From assembly GCA_951406725.2 (NCBI GenBank), contig OX597816.1, positions 123,318,001 to 123,382,000 on the forward strand: DNA of 64,000 bases. Reading direction: 5' to 3'. Below, in pieces: positions 1 through 12,800 of the stretch (position 1 is its first letter; the number at the start of each line of letters is the position of its first letter). This DNA is from Octopus vulgaris. Taxonomy: Eukaryota. The position numbers were made by a program, and so were the translations under genes. Under the pieces are notes generated by a model. The model saw only the letters and a list, made by a program, of their open reading frames with translations. It was not told the origin of the DNA and searched no databases.

Positions 1-50
1 ATATATATATATATATAGAAACACAAACATATACATGCATACATATATAT

Positions 51-94
<44 letters not shown>

Positions 95-705
95 GCATAC
101 ATGTATATCATATATGCATACATATATATCATATATATATATATATATATCTTATATATACATACATGTATATATATATGCATATAATATATATAAATTA
201 GAGAAAAACCACTATTATGTAATTCAAACAATGATAGGCAGAAACCAAATCATAAATAAAAAATAAAATATATTATATACATATCTTTACATACATACAC
301 ACATACGTATATATATAGATAGATATTTATATATATTTGTATATATACACATAGATACACACACATTCACACATGCACATACACACACATGCGTGCATAC
401 ACACATACACACTCAGGTATTATAATTTAAGACAGTTTGATTTGGCCCCTTGCAAGTTTCGTAAGCTCATTACAGGTACCTGGTGTGTCAGTTTCAGGCA
501 ACTGAATCCACTAAGCTAGATTCCTGAAATAAACCTACAAAGCTTTAAGTTGCTTGGGCCTGAATCAACCTGTTTTAGATAATGTGTTGAGTGCTTCTTT
601 CATTTGTTCATTTTCTTGCATGTGTGTGTGTGTGTGTGCATATGTATGTGTGTGTATGAGAGAGAGAGAGAGATAATGAGATAAAAACATATATATATAT
701 GTATT

Positions 706-790
706 TAGGAAGTCAAAATTTATAGCTGGTTGCTTTATAGGTGTAAAACCAATGATCACTCTCTAACTGGCCATAACTTTTGACTTCTTA
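706..790. mobile_element. Tiny MITE-like inverted-repeat element
   Basis: Imperfect ~25-bp TIRs: taggaagtcaaaatttatagctggtt ... aactggccataacttttgacttctta. Confidence 0.45.
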
Positions 791-871
791 AAAGAAATAT
801 ATTACTGTTCTAATGCTTTAGAGTGTGTTTGCTTTTGGAATATATGAACTGCTGATAATATTTATATATAT

Positions 872-2634
872 AATGAGTATAGTGAAGAATTCTGGGTAGA
901 AGTAGAGGTTCACCAAGGATCAGTCCTCAGCACCCTCTTATTAATTATAGTCCTCCACGCAATAATAGAGGAATTCAAGACAGGATGCCTCTGGGAGCTC
1001 CTCTATGCTGATGACCTTGATCTAATAGCTGAGTCATTATCAGAACTAGTGACAGAGTTTAAGGTGTGGAAGCAAGGTCTAGAATCGAAGGGCTTTAGAG
1101 TTAACGTAGCAAAAACCAAATTCTTAGTAAGTAGGAAGGCTGACAAATCAGAAACCCCTTCAGACAGATGGCTCTGCTTGATCTGTAGAATAGGCCTGGG
1201 TAGAAACTCCATGTGATGTACTCAGTGTAAGCTATGGACACATAAATGGTACAACAATATCAAAGGAAGGTTAACCAGGAAGATAGTTTTTGTGCATGCC
1301 AAAGGAACAGGGCCAATAAGCACTGAAGATGTACAGAAAACAGATTCCATCACATGCCAGGGGAAAAAAACTAGAAGTAAATAGCTTCTGCTACCTTGGC
1401 AACCAAGTCTGTAGTGGGGGCGGTTGTTCTGAGAGTGTAGCAGCTAGAATAAGAATAGCCTGGGCAAAGTTCAGAGTGCTCCTACCTCTGCTGGCAACTA
1501 AGAGCCTCTTTCTCAGGATAAAACGTAGACTGTATGAGGCATGTGTTTGAACTACCATGCTACATGAAGGTGAACTGTGGGCCATTACTGCTGAGGACAT
1601 GCGTAGGCTCGAAAGAAATGAAGCTAGTATGATCTGCTGGATGTGAAATGTCAGTGTGCTTACACGATAGAGTGTAAGTGCCCTGAGAGAAAAGTTGGAC
1701 ATAAGAAACATCAAGTGTGGTGTGCAAGAGAGACAACTGTGCTGGTATGGTCATGTGTTACGTATGGATGTGGACAGCTGTATGAGGAAGTGCTGCTCCC
1801 TAACTGTGGAAGGAACCTGTGGAAGAGGTAGATCTAGGAAGACAGGGGGTGAGATAGTGAAGCCTGACATTCAAACATTGGGCCTCACAGAGGCAATGAC
1901 ATGAGACTGAGACCTTTGGAGATATGCTGTGATTAAGAAGACCTGGCTTCTAAAGTGAGATCACAGCCATGGCCGACGCTAGTGTTGCATGTCTGGCACT
2001 TTTAAGAGTACCCTTGATGCCTCAGTCGATATATTCTCGAGAAGACCTGTTGAATAAAGTAAAACTAAAATTGCAGCTGTGGCGAGTGTGCCCCTGACTG
2101 GCTCCCATTCTGGTGGCACATAAAATGCATCACCTAAACCTGGTCGATGCCAAAGTACCCTGACTGGATCCCATGCCGGTGGCATTTAAAAAGCACCATC
2201 CAAATGTGGTCGATGCCAGTACCCACTGACTGGCTCCTGTGCTGGTGGTACGTAAAAAGCACTATCTGGATGTCATTCATGCCAGGACTGCCTGACTGTC
2301 CCAGTACCAGTGGCACGTAAAAAGCACCATTTGAACATGGCCAGTATCAGTACTCTTGACTAGCTCCTGTGCTGGTAGCATGTAAAAAGCACATTCTGAA
2401 TGTGATCGATGCCAGGCCCGCCTGACTGGCTCTTGTGCCACCATTGGAACGTAAAAGGTGCCCACTACACTCTCAGAGAGGTTGGTGCTAGGAAGGGCAT
2501 CCAACTGTCAAAACATTGCCAGATCAGATTGGAGACTAGTGCAGCTCACTAGCTTGCCAGACCCCAGTTAAAGCGTCCAACACATGCCAGCATGGAAAAC
2601 AGACGTTGAACAATGATGATGATGATGATGATGA
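872..2634 (+). mobile_element. 5'-truncated RTE-clade LINE: decayed RT, 3' UTR with tandem repeats, (GAT)n tail
   Basis: Translates to VHQGSVLS, LYADDL, KTK, FCYLG, RLYEACV and GRGRSRKT with stops and frameshifts. Ends gacgttgaacaatgatgatgat. Confidence 0.92.
2080..2460 (+). repeat. ~55-60 bp tandem repeat (about 7 units) in the RTE 3' UTR
   Basis: Repeated unit ~gccagtaccc-ctgactggctcctgtgc-ggtggcacgtaaaaagcaccat...gtggtcgat. Confidence 0.8.
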
Positions 2635-2652
2635 TATATATGCATATACGAA

Positions 2653-2879
2653 GGCAGCGAACTGACAAAATCGTTAGCATGTCGGGCGAAACGCTTAGCG
2701 GTATTTCGGCTGCGGTTATATTCTGAGTTCAAATTCCGCTGAGGTCGACTTTGCCTCTCATCCTTTCGGGGTCGATATATAAAGTACCAGCTTCGCACTG
2801 GCATCGATGTAATTGACTTAATCCCTTTGTCTTTCTTTGTTCCCTCTATGTTTAGCTCCTTGTGGGTAGTAAAGAAATA
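2653..2879 (+). mobile_element. tRNA-derived SINE with Nin/Deu-like central domain (family A)
   Basis: B box gagttcaaattcc and central tcatcctttcggggtcgat. Homologous to copies at 29285 and 58642. Confidence 0.85.
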
Positions 2880-2904
2880 TATATATATACATAAAAAAAA
2901 AAGA

Positions 2905-3220
2905 TTCCGCCGGTTACGACGATGAGGGTCCCAGCTGATACGATCAACGGAACAGCTTGCTCGTGAAATTAACGTGCAAATGGCTGAGCATTCCACAAAC
3001 AGGTGTACCCTTAACATAGTTCTCAGGGATAATCAGCGTGACACAGAGAGTAACAAGGCTGACCCTTTGAAATACAAGTACAACTCATTTTTGCCAGCTG
3101 AGTGGACTGGAGCAACGTGAAATAAAGTGTCTTGCTCAAGGACACAACGCGTCGCCGGGAATCGAACTCACAACCTTACGATCATGAGCTGAATGCCCTA
3201 ACCACTAAGCCACGTGCCCT
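2905..3220 (-). mobile_element. tRNA-derived SINE (family B)
   Basis: Reverse strand reads ggcacgtggcttagtggttagg (A box) ... gagttcgattcc (B box) ... gtccttgagcaagacac. Homologous to 49760-50075. Confidence 0.85.
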
Positions 3221-3984
3221 CACTATATACATATACATACATACTTACACAGATACATTCATACACGCACACACACACACACAAACATGTAAATGATAGG
3301 CTTCACTGCAGTTTCTGTCAATGAATTTCAAGTCGTTCACCAGTACAAGACTATGGATCTATAGCAGAAGACACTTAACCAAAGTTTGTTCAGTGGAATC
3401 AAACCAGGAGCTTATAGAAGTTGTGCAGTCAACTCTTTAACCACACATCTGGGCTTGCACCTATTTAGTTTTATCAGTCTACATTCTGAGTTCATATGGT
3501 TATACAACTTCACTTTCAAAATTTGAGTGCATGCTTTAATTTAGAAAAAAAAATCAATGCAATTAACTTAATTAACTTATCAATATTTTTACAACTCTAG
3601 CAGAAAGAAAGAGAAAATAACTAGTTAGAGCACGTAAATACAGAATCATGAGACTTCAAAACAATTGTGTGAAGTATCTTGTTTGTACCAGCTAAACCAT
3701 CTCATAAATAAGTTTTCATGGAATTTGTCTTTTTTTCTTGCTTTTTTTAAAAGAATTCATTGTATTTAAAACATTTTGATTGCTTTTAAATTTAATAAAG
3801 CTTAGTTTAGAATTAGCAATAAAAAATTACATGCTTATGCGCACACACATGACTATATATAAATAAATATATATATGCATAATCATGTCTATATCTATAT
3901 CTATCTCTCACTCCTTCTCTCTCTCTCTCTCTCTTTCTCTTTCTGTCTCTCTCTCTCACACACACACTTATATATATTTCATCT

Positions 3985-4318
3985 TTGTATTTGGTTTGTA
4001 AGATTCTTTATGGGAATTCGTGTGTTGAAGCATATTTTATTGTGTCTGGGGAGAGTCATTCTGTTTCAGTGCCTTATTATTTAACACACTCACTGGTTCA
4101 ATTTCCACTCATTTATTTTTACTTTCTAAAATTTTTGTTGCATCTTGCAATCCTTTCATCAATAGTTGTTGAAAGTCAATGACTATTGAGGAAAAAGTTG
4201 CAAGACACGTTAATTTTAGGAAAATTAAATAAATAAATGAATAGCAACTGAACCGGTGAGTGTGTTAAATAATAAGGCACTAAAACAGAATGACTCTTCC
4301 CAGACACAATAAAATATA
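3985..4318. repeat. Head-to-head inverted pair of a Penelope terminal-repeat sequence
   Basis: About 4031-4167 is the reverse complement of about 4183-4318. The same sequence occurs at 31830-32030, downstream of a GIY-YIG ORF. Confidence 0.75.
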
Positions 4319-4324
4319 TACACA

Positions 4325-4857
4325 TCTATTATATAAAATCCATTCTGTCTGTCTGTGTGTGTGTCTTCTAGGATCTCGTGCATCCTCCATCCGATTGCAT
4401 TCAAATTTGATATGTAGATACTGACGGTATCAGGGCGTGTATAAGTCTTGAAAAAATTACAAAAATCGATTCCAGGTGAGATCGATAAAGCCGTGGGAAC
4501 ATGCATTTGTACGTGCAAGTACATCAGCTGTTGTGATCGATACTAATCATACGTGGGAAAAATGCATGTGCTGTTTGCACATAAAAAGCCAGCTGGCTTG
4601 AAATAATGCCACAAAATGCAGTATATTTAAGAGACCAAAAAAGTAAGATGCAAAAGAGATATTTTCTTCAAACTAAGCATGAAGGAAGGAAGTCTATCTT
4701 TATTTCTTCTTTTGCTGGTGTCTCAAATTTAGGTTAAATCAGTGTTTCTCAAAATGGGAGCCTATGGGACAGTCGGACATGTTGTTTTGAGAAAATTTGG
4801 TTTAAATGTTTGACAACTCAGCACCGTCCATTGGACGAGGTGGGGAGCATTTTGCTC

Positions 4858-4858
<1 letters not shown>
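4325..4858 (+). mobile_element. Non-autonomous Helitron-like element
   Basis: A|TCTATTATATAAAAT 5' end, subterminal hairpin cgtcca-t-tggacg, ends GCTCG|T. Second copy at 44164-44501. Confidence 0.65.
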
Positions 4859-4889
<31 letters not shown>

Positions 4890-4893
<4 letters not shown>

Positions 4894-5170
4894 AAGGAAA
4901 TTATTGTGTTGTGTAGTATTCAGGCGCACTACAACTCATCTAAGGTGCATGTACAGTACATAGAATTATGTACAAAAGTCAGGAAAGTGAACAGTGTATG
5001 AGTCATAATACACATGTATGCATGCATATGGAGGTGGGGATATCAGGTGTAGTGTTGGGGAATTTCAGGAAGCATGGAGGTTTTAAAGGATGTGATGTCT
5101 TGGCAACTCTGAGTGTGAAAAAATGTTTCCAAAAGTCATGGGAGCTGTGCTGTTTTCTGACAGTGAAATA
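4890..5170 (-). mobile_element. CR1-like LINE 3' end
   Basis: Homologous to 21790-22038. FFTLRVA remnant on the minus strand. Confidence 0.6.
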
Positions 5171-7951
5171 TACCATGTCATATATATGGAGATTCTTGTG
5201 TCTCCCTCTGTGTTAATGCATATTTTTTTAGTGCATTTTCGTAATCTCTCATATGTTTATACCTTTGTAATTTGAGTATTTTTCTTTCATATTCAGTACA
5301 ATTTTCATATTTAAATGATAGTTAATTTATCCTTTTTTTTTTTAACTGTGTGACTGTTACTGATTAAATGGCAGTACATTATCAATTTGAAAGTACTGCA
5401 CCAACAAGATGCCAAAATCATTTTACACTAAATCTGTAAGTGACAATATTTCAAATGATTTGTTGAGTCACAAGATTCTCAATATTCTAATAAATAAATC
5501 CACATTGCTTTGTCTCAACAAGAATTGAATAAACAATAGCAGTAGCTTTCTCATATAATATAGCATTTACTTTCATATATATTACAGCCTCCACAGTTAT
5601 TATGTTTTGCTATTGGGGAAAAAATTACTGTGCTTGATTAAATTTGTCTGACAAGTTCTGCAACTACTTTATAACTATGCCATTAGAAGTTGGAAAGGAA
5701 TGTAGTTATTAAAACAGTTGTTTCAATAAACAATTCCATCTAGGCTAATCTAGTAAAATATGGGTAAAACAGCAATAAAGATATCTAGCAGGATATAATT
5801 GTTTTCTAATTTCATTATTTGTTTCATTCTTTTAGCAGAAATCAACTATAGTTGTTTATATCCATATCCCCCCACATGCAAACACACATACACAAAAGTT
5901 AAACATTTCAAGTCCACAAAAGCCCTGGCAACAGACAGAATATCGTAGTAACAAACTCACTTGAAAGCAATCATGATTCAGATTTTGTTTCTTGTACATA
6001 TATATTGCATCTACACAATCTTACTCTAAGCCAACTTGCAGCAGAATTGGAAATTAGAATAGTTATAAATAGCATTTACTTAGAGAGCAACTTGCAGCTG
6101 TGGACAGTGAAGGATTAATTCATTGACAGCAGGATATGCAGTTAGTATAACTCTATATGGTTGACATAATGAATCCCATCAACAGCTGTGAACATGAAAG
6201 GTTAAGCTAAAGTTCAATATGAAAAACTGTAAAACAAAAATAAGTTTACGACTCCCTTGTTAAGAGTTAATGGTGTTGAGTTCATATTCTCAAAAATGGT
6301 GATGCTTTCATTTTATGTTTTTTTTCGCCATTTTATGGAATTTTGCAGTAGCTTGTAATCTATTATAATACATGTCTCTAATGCAAACTAACAGCTGTAT
6401 AGCCTGGCATTTAAAAATATCCTCCAATTATAAACTGATCGTGGTTCATGCCATCTTAACTTCAATTAGAAAAGTGTGAACTTATGTGTGAGAAAGAATA
6501 TAAGCAAATATGTTAGACAGAAAGAAGATAAGCTTACAATGTAAGAGTGTGTAGAAAAAAGTGAAGCAAAGCTCACCACATGCAAGTCGGGAGATCAATA
6601 GTGAATATGGGAGTATATATAAATAGCAAAGGATTTAGATAAAATTAATAAAGGAAAGGATGGGAAACAAGCAATGATGTTTCATGGGAAATATTTCAAG
6701 CAATGAAATCATTAGTTTAGCTGAAAGAGTAAGTACTACAGAGGGAGAGAGAGAGAGAGAGAGGTTGGAGCAGTGGAAAGGAGAGAGAGAAAGAGAGAGA
6801 GAGAGGTTGGAGCAGTGGAAAGGAGAAAGAAAAAAAAGAAACCTTGCAATTTAACTGTACAAGAAACCCCAAACCCTGTTTAAATGAAAAAATTAGTAGA
6901 AATCCAGTAAAATGACAAATGTTGAATGTGAAGAGGAAACTATAGCTAAATTAGTGTATCAATGTATGTAGTAACATGTTACAAAAAGGATGCAAATGAT
7001 TTATGATAGAACAGAGAAAATACACTGGACAGACAGTTATAAATTTGGTCTCCAATTAGATGGAAATGCATTTCACCATCAACCAGAAGTTGTTATTGAA
7101 AAATGACATGGTAAGATGCTGATAGTTGTCTTACTGCAAACTTATTATACAGAGACATAGAGAGCAGTCATAATTGGGAAGGAAAATATATTACATCAAA
7201 TGATAAATTCTCCGGTATCATGATTACAGAGTTAAAGCAAAACAGGACAGCAAGAGAATGAAAAATATCTTGATCTAGCAATACAGCTGGAAAATTCTTT
7301 GACACATATTTCTAATATTTTACATTTATATCCCATGCTTTCATGTATAGTATTGTTTTTTATTGGAGCAATTATTTTTATTATATGGGTTCCATTCATT
7401 GACCACTGTCCCATGAATTAGGAAGTCTTTGTTTTTTGTCAGGCAGGTATACTGTAGCATGCAATTTAACTCCCAGAGCCAATGTTCTTCTTACATATAA
7501 TGAAGCACAATGTGTGTCCTGTTGGTCATGGTGGTAGAGAGAAACTAAAACAACAAAACGGGTGGGAATGAGTGACAGTCAGAGATACTAAAAGCTGGAG
7601 AGTTGTAGTTGAGAAGTTATACTCTGAAGCTGTAGTACAAATTTTTATCATAAATAATATTTACTTTAAAAATTTAACACATATGCACATGTAGATATAT
7701 ATTTGTGAAATAAAATATTAGCCTCTTTTCTTGTCAAAATATCATTCATGTAACATTTATACATATAGTCTTCCTTACATTTTTCTTCCTTTCATTTTAG
7801 TCCATTTTTCCATGCTTGCTTTTCCTGACAATAACTCTCATGTCTTTTACAATAATAGATTCACACACACACACACACACACTTGTATGTCTGCGCATGC
7901 ATCGATGTATATATAAATATGCATGTATATGTATTTATGTATATACATGTA

Positions 7952-7984
<33 letters not shown>

Positions 7985-7991
7985 TCTTTTT

Positions 7992-8280
7992 AACTCTTTT
8001 ACTTGTTTCAGTCATTTTGACTGTGACCATGCTGGAGCACCACTTTTTAGTTGAAGAAATTGACCCCTGGACTTATTCTTTGTTAGCCCTGTACTTATTC
8101 TATCAGTCCCTTTTGCTGCACTGGTAAGTTACAGGGATGTAAGCACACCAACATTGGTTGTCAAGCAATAGTGGAGGGGCAAAGATAGACACAAACACAC
8201 AGATATATCAGATACATACATACATTCATACATATATATACATACATACATACATACATATATATACATATATATACATA

Positions 8281-8330
<50 letters not shown>

Positions 8331-8475
8331 CGGCAGGCTTCTTTCAGTCTCCATCTACCAAACCCACTCACAAGGATTTGGTTGGCCTGAGGCTATAATA
8401 GAAGACATTTGCCCAAGATTCCACACAGTGGAACTGAACCTGGGACCATGTGGTTGGGAAGTAAGCTTCTTAACA
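7992..8475 (-). mobile_element. CORE-like tRNA SINE (family C) with internal microsatellite
   Basis: Head about 8330-8475 (ggttcagttccact...ttgggcaaatgtcttcta), then (TA/CA)n, then tail ending tgactgaaacaagtaaaagag. Confidence 0.8.
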
Positions 8476-8479
8476 CTCA

Positions 8480-9170
8480 GCAATGTCTGTTATCCATGCT
8501 GGCATTGGTTGGACGATTTGACCAGAGCTGTTTCCAGACCAGCAAAGAAATGAAATTTCCTGTATTTGCAGTGTCCAGTTACATCATGTCGGTCCTGGAT
8601 TGTGATTGGCACAACTAACCAAAAATATAGTCAGGAACTTTACTGAGGATTGTTTTGTAAAGCTCTGCTCTTGTGATTCTCTTCACAGAAGGTTGGAAAT
8701 GATGTTCCCATTGCTGTTGTTGCTTCTTCTTACAAACAGCTTCCAAATTTATTTCTCGTCACAAAAGTTGCATTTGACTTCTTTGTAGGGACAGTCTGTC
8801 ACTTTATGAGCTTTTCCATGTCTATAACACTTCAACTCAGAGTGATATTTTCGTTGACTCTTGTTCTGACTCTGCTTGACTTTATTGACAGGCCTGGTCT
8901 TTGAATGGCAAACAGTTTCCTTGGCAACCTTTGCTGCAACTTCAGTCTCAATCGTGTGTCCTTGAGCTTGAAAAGAGCCTTCAAGACAGCTTCATTGTTG
9001 ACAGAACATGTGAATCTCTGTCTAAGAGCTTCAGCTTGGAGGTCTGAAATCAAAGGAAAGTCACAGGTAGCAGTGTCTTGATGTATACATGCTGCCAGCT
9101 CCTGGAGAGTTTCGCCTGGCTTCTGTTGCTTGTCACTCCAGAACTTGAAGCATTATTGCACAATGAAACA
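8480..9170 (-). mobile_element. Decayed Gypsy LTR retrotransposon gag-protease fragment
   Basis: ALRQRFTCSVNNEAVLKALFK (gag), zinc-knuckle remnant CYRHGKAHKVTDCPYK, protease-like LDTA..NFIS. Confidence 0.7.
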
Positions 9171-9249
9171 AGCATTTCTAATCCCTAATCCTTTCCAATT
9201 ACTGTAATGTGGCAGAATAGATAAAGTTAATACAAAATTTACAGAAGTA

Positions 9250-9830
9250 TAGAAGGAAGATGTGAACTGATGCAGTTACAACTATATTTAAAGATAGCAA
9301 CCAACTAATTATGAGATACTTGAACATGTAAGAAAGCATGAAAATACCAAGAAACTAAATTCATTAGCAGAAGAAAAGAAATATGTAAAGGAATTAAAGA
9401 TCACTAAAACTGGGTGCAACTAGATGAAACACAATGCTATGTGAAAGCAAATCAAATAAAAAGGGAAGCCAAATCCAATGGAATCTTAGAGCTGTGTAAT
9501 AAATGAAAAAAATAAAGTATTCCATAGGAAATACCCTACAAAAGTCAGCAATCTTGATATTGATAGAAATATGGCACATTGATGGTTGTCTGCAACTGAA
9601 CTTAAATCAGATACAGAAAGCTTCATTATAGCTGCTCAGGGTCAGTACACACTCGCTGGAGATTAGCTAGCTAAGATTCTTAAATGTACTACTGATCATT
9701 CATGAACCTTTTGTGCTTCACTCTGGGACACAATTTACCATCTCATCTCTGGTTGCTGTGTGTTCACCTCAAGTGAGTAAGCTAAACGTGTTGATAAGCT
9801 GGGTCATGTTGATAAGCTGGGTCATACTAA
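9250..9830 (+). mobile_element. Decayed R4-like (RLE) non-LTR C-terminal fragment
   Basis: LKSDTESFIIAAQ and HLISGC remnants match the ORF at 38588. Confidence 0.6.
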
Positions 9831-12800
9831 TTCTGGTTAATGACAACTCACAATTCCTTGATTCACAAGATTGATTAAAACAAATGTGATAAAAATCATA
9901 AAATATAACTTTAATTTCACCTTGTTGTTTATGCTAGCTATCTTAGGCTTTGCTATCATATTAAATGCTTGTAAGAGAAAACAAACATATCTTGTATTGT
10001 CAGTTAATTAAGCTCTAATTGATATAATATGGAAATGTCAATTTATATAGTTTTCTCTCTTCCACCACACCAAGGTTTAGGTTTTATATTTAAAACGTTT
10101 TTTTTTTCCCTCTGGCTATTATTCAAAGTTATAATTTTCACTGTTAATGCCAAAACAAACTAGTTTTATCAGCAAACAATGATTGAAGTAAATTCTATTG
10201 GTTTGCTACTTTCATTCTTTCATATATTTCACAGACAGATAATCTTTATAATTTGCTGAGTCAAACAATGAAATATGACATTTCTAAACTTAACAAAACA
10301 TATGATTTCCATTGTCATCTTGGTTGTTTTTACTCTCCATTCAAATCAGCAACACTAAGTCACAGAAGTTGAATACTGTCTCAGTATCAAAGAAAATGCA
10401 AGGAAAATTTCTTCTGCTAAAAATTTATCTACACATTCACTTTTTCTCTTTGCCAGTTACATATATCATCCTGGGTTTCTTATGCTTTACCAAAGACAAA
10501 CAATGAGATGACAAAATAAAATATTGACCATAATTCTGAACCAGTCAGATTGATACTATATCCTGTGGCTTGGACTGGTCAGTGGGTCATGCCTTAACAT
10601 TTGATCTACAACATCTTTGTCAGCAATCTGATCAATCAATGCTGACAAGGTTATCTAAAGCAAGGCAACACAAAACAAGAAATATTTTGGGGTCATGAAG
10701 TCATAAAAGTAATACAAACCATTATATCCTGTAGTGGCATAATTTTGTTTGTCCTTTACATTGTATTACAGCAAATCACTGCAATTTATTTGTGAATATC
10801 AATGCAATATTTTCTAATATCAAATATATTAATTTATTATTTTGTGCAATAAATGCCATTCATTAATTTGATATCAGTTTTCCATGGTGTGTAAAACCTG
10901 CATCAGTTTAATACAAAGAATATCATAAATTCTTCTAATCTTTTACTATTATTACTTGTTAGACTGTGGCCATGCTGGGCACCACCTACAAAAACTTACT
11001 TAGTTATATTTTATGCTTCTACTTCAGTCTGCTAATTATTTTTTTATCATTGTTTGTTGAATTGTTAAGGTTCAAGACAAAGAGTAGCAACAAAAATGAC
11101 ACAGATTTTTAGACTGGTGTAAATACAAACACACACACGCACACTCATACACACACACACATGCTCACACATAATGGGCTTCCATGGGTTTCCTGTCAAC
11201 TGATCATTTTCTGACTAAAACAATACACATAACATTTTGCAAGACTTTACATGCCAAGATGCCAAGATGTATAGTCTTCAATATTATTGCGGTCCCGGCA
11301 TATTGGTTATTAAATAAAGTATCATTCTTCTCTTCTCAAATATGCGTATAATTACTTGAGTTAAAGGCATAATGTACTAAATATCATACTTAAAAATTAC
11401 TAAATGTAATTTTTATTTGTTTTCTAGAGAAAGAAAAACAAAACCAATAAGCAACTCACACCAAAAAGATAATTTCAAGTAATAGAGATTTAATTCCACA
11501 AGTTAATTCAAATGTTTAGGGAAAGGGCAGCTTGATTTTTGTTTACATGCAAGGGGGGCAAATATGGACATGTTTTGGTCTATTATAACTCATCAGCTGA
11601 GTATAGTCGAACTATATAAAAAGGAGTTATCAATAATTTTAGGATAGATGGCTTAATGGCATGAATTTAGATTACTAATTTGAAGGGTGATATACTGAAT
11701 GTCACTTATCCCTTATAGAACCAAGCCATGGCTCATAGAACCTACAGGGAATCTTATTACCTAACTAAAAAGGGATAGTAATATGCTGAGTTAGTGTATC
11801 CCTCCAAACTTTTTTAGTATTAATATATTCATGTAGATGTCGTAGAATTAAATATAAGAAAATCAATACATATATTTCTGATTTATTTCTAATAGATCAA
11901 AACATTATGCTTTATTTCTTTTATTCTTAATGTTCACTTCTTATTAAATTAATGTAAAACTTCTTGAAAATCTAGATATATTTATTACTTGTATTAGATA
12001 TTTTACTAGTATTAAGTAGATATTTCTAGATACTCTTCAAAAAAAGAAGCATGTGATGTGCTAAGGCTAAGATACATGTTATTGAAATCCTAACATTTGG
12101 GTCAGTTACCCAGTCCTTAACTACTTAACTGTCAAGACATTTCTAAAATGATTGATAAAAAGAGAATGTCTTTTCCAGTAATGTATTCCCTTGGTAAGAA
12201 ACAAAATGTTATACAATTTCTCTTAAAGCTCCTATTCCAGAGAATTTTTATGTTTATGGTGTTCTCTGATTTGTTAATAAGAGGCTTTGGAAGTTGACTG
12301 TTTGCTTAGATTGGCATCTAAACTAACAATTTGTTCCTATCTGCTAAAAGGCGAATAAATGTTCTGGCAACATACACTTCATAGGATGAAGTAGGATAAA
12401 GACATTAATGTACTGTTGAGAATTCTGTCTGTTTAGAAATCCTGAAGGGTTGCTAGGCTAGAGCATCGGTCAATAAACAGAGCAAATAATTCTTTATTTG
12501 TAAATATGCAGCCCCTAGCAAATGCTTTGTAACATGTGCATAAATTATAGCAACATACACATGTATTCACAAACTCCAGTATTATTTAAGAATATCTTTG
12601 TTAAATATTGTATATTAAAGTACTTTTGTCTATTAAATAATCTGTTTGCTAAACAACATACATTCAGGAATATAGTATCTAGATGTATAAAAGTTTGCTT
12701 TACATTGAAAATTGTTGTGACTTTATATGAACAACTCACCAAGCTATTTTTCTACTAAAAATCCTTAAAATGAATGTGTGAATATTTGAATAATTGATGG

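Noticed and set aside
449-480. Hammerhead-like minus-strand segment (tgtaatgagcttacgaaac)
   Set aside because: Core and helices are too degenerate to support.
2080-2460. CRISPR-like periodic repeat
   Set aside because: Whole units are homologous with no unique spacers. It sits in a LINE UTR in a eukaryotic context with no cas genes.
6480-7260. A/G-rich stretch resembling an old TE ORF
   Set aside because: No diagnostic motif recoverable.
10235-10372. Candidate upstream cyclase exon after a pyrimidine tract and CAG
   Set aside because: No recognisable similarity, no good donor, and it runs into a stop.
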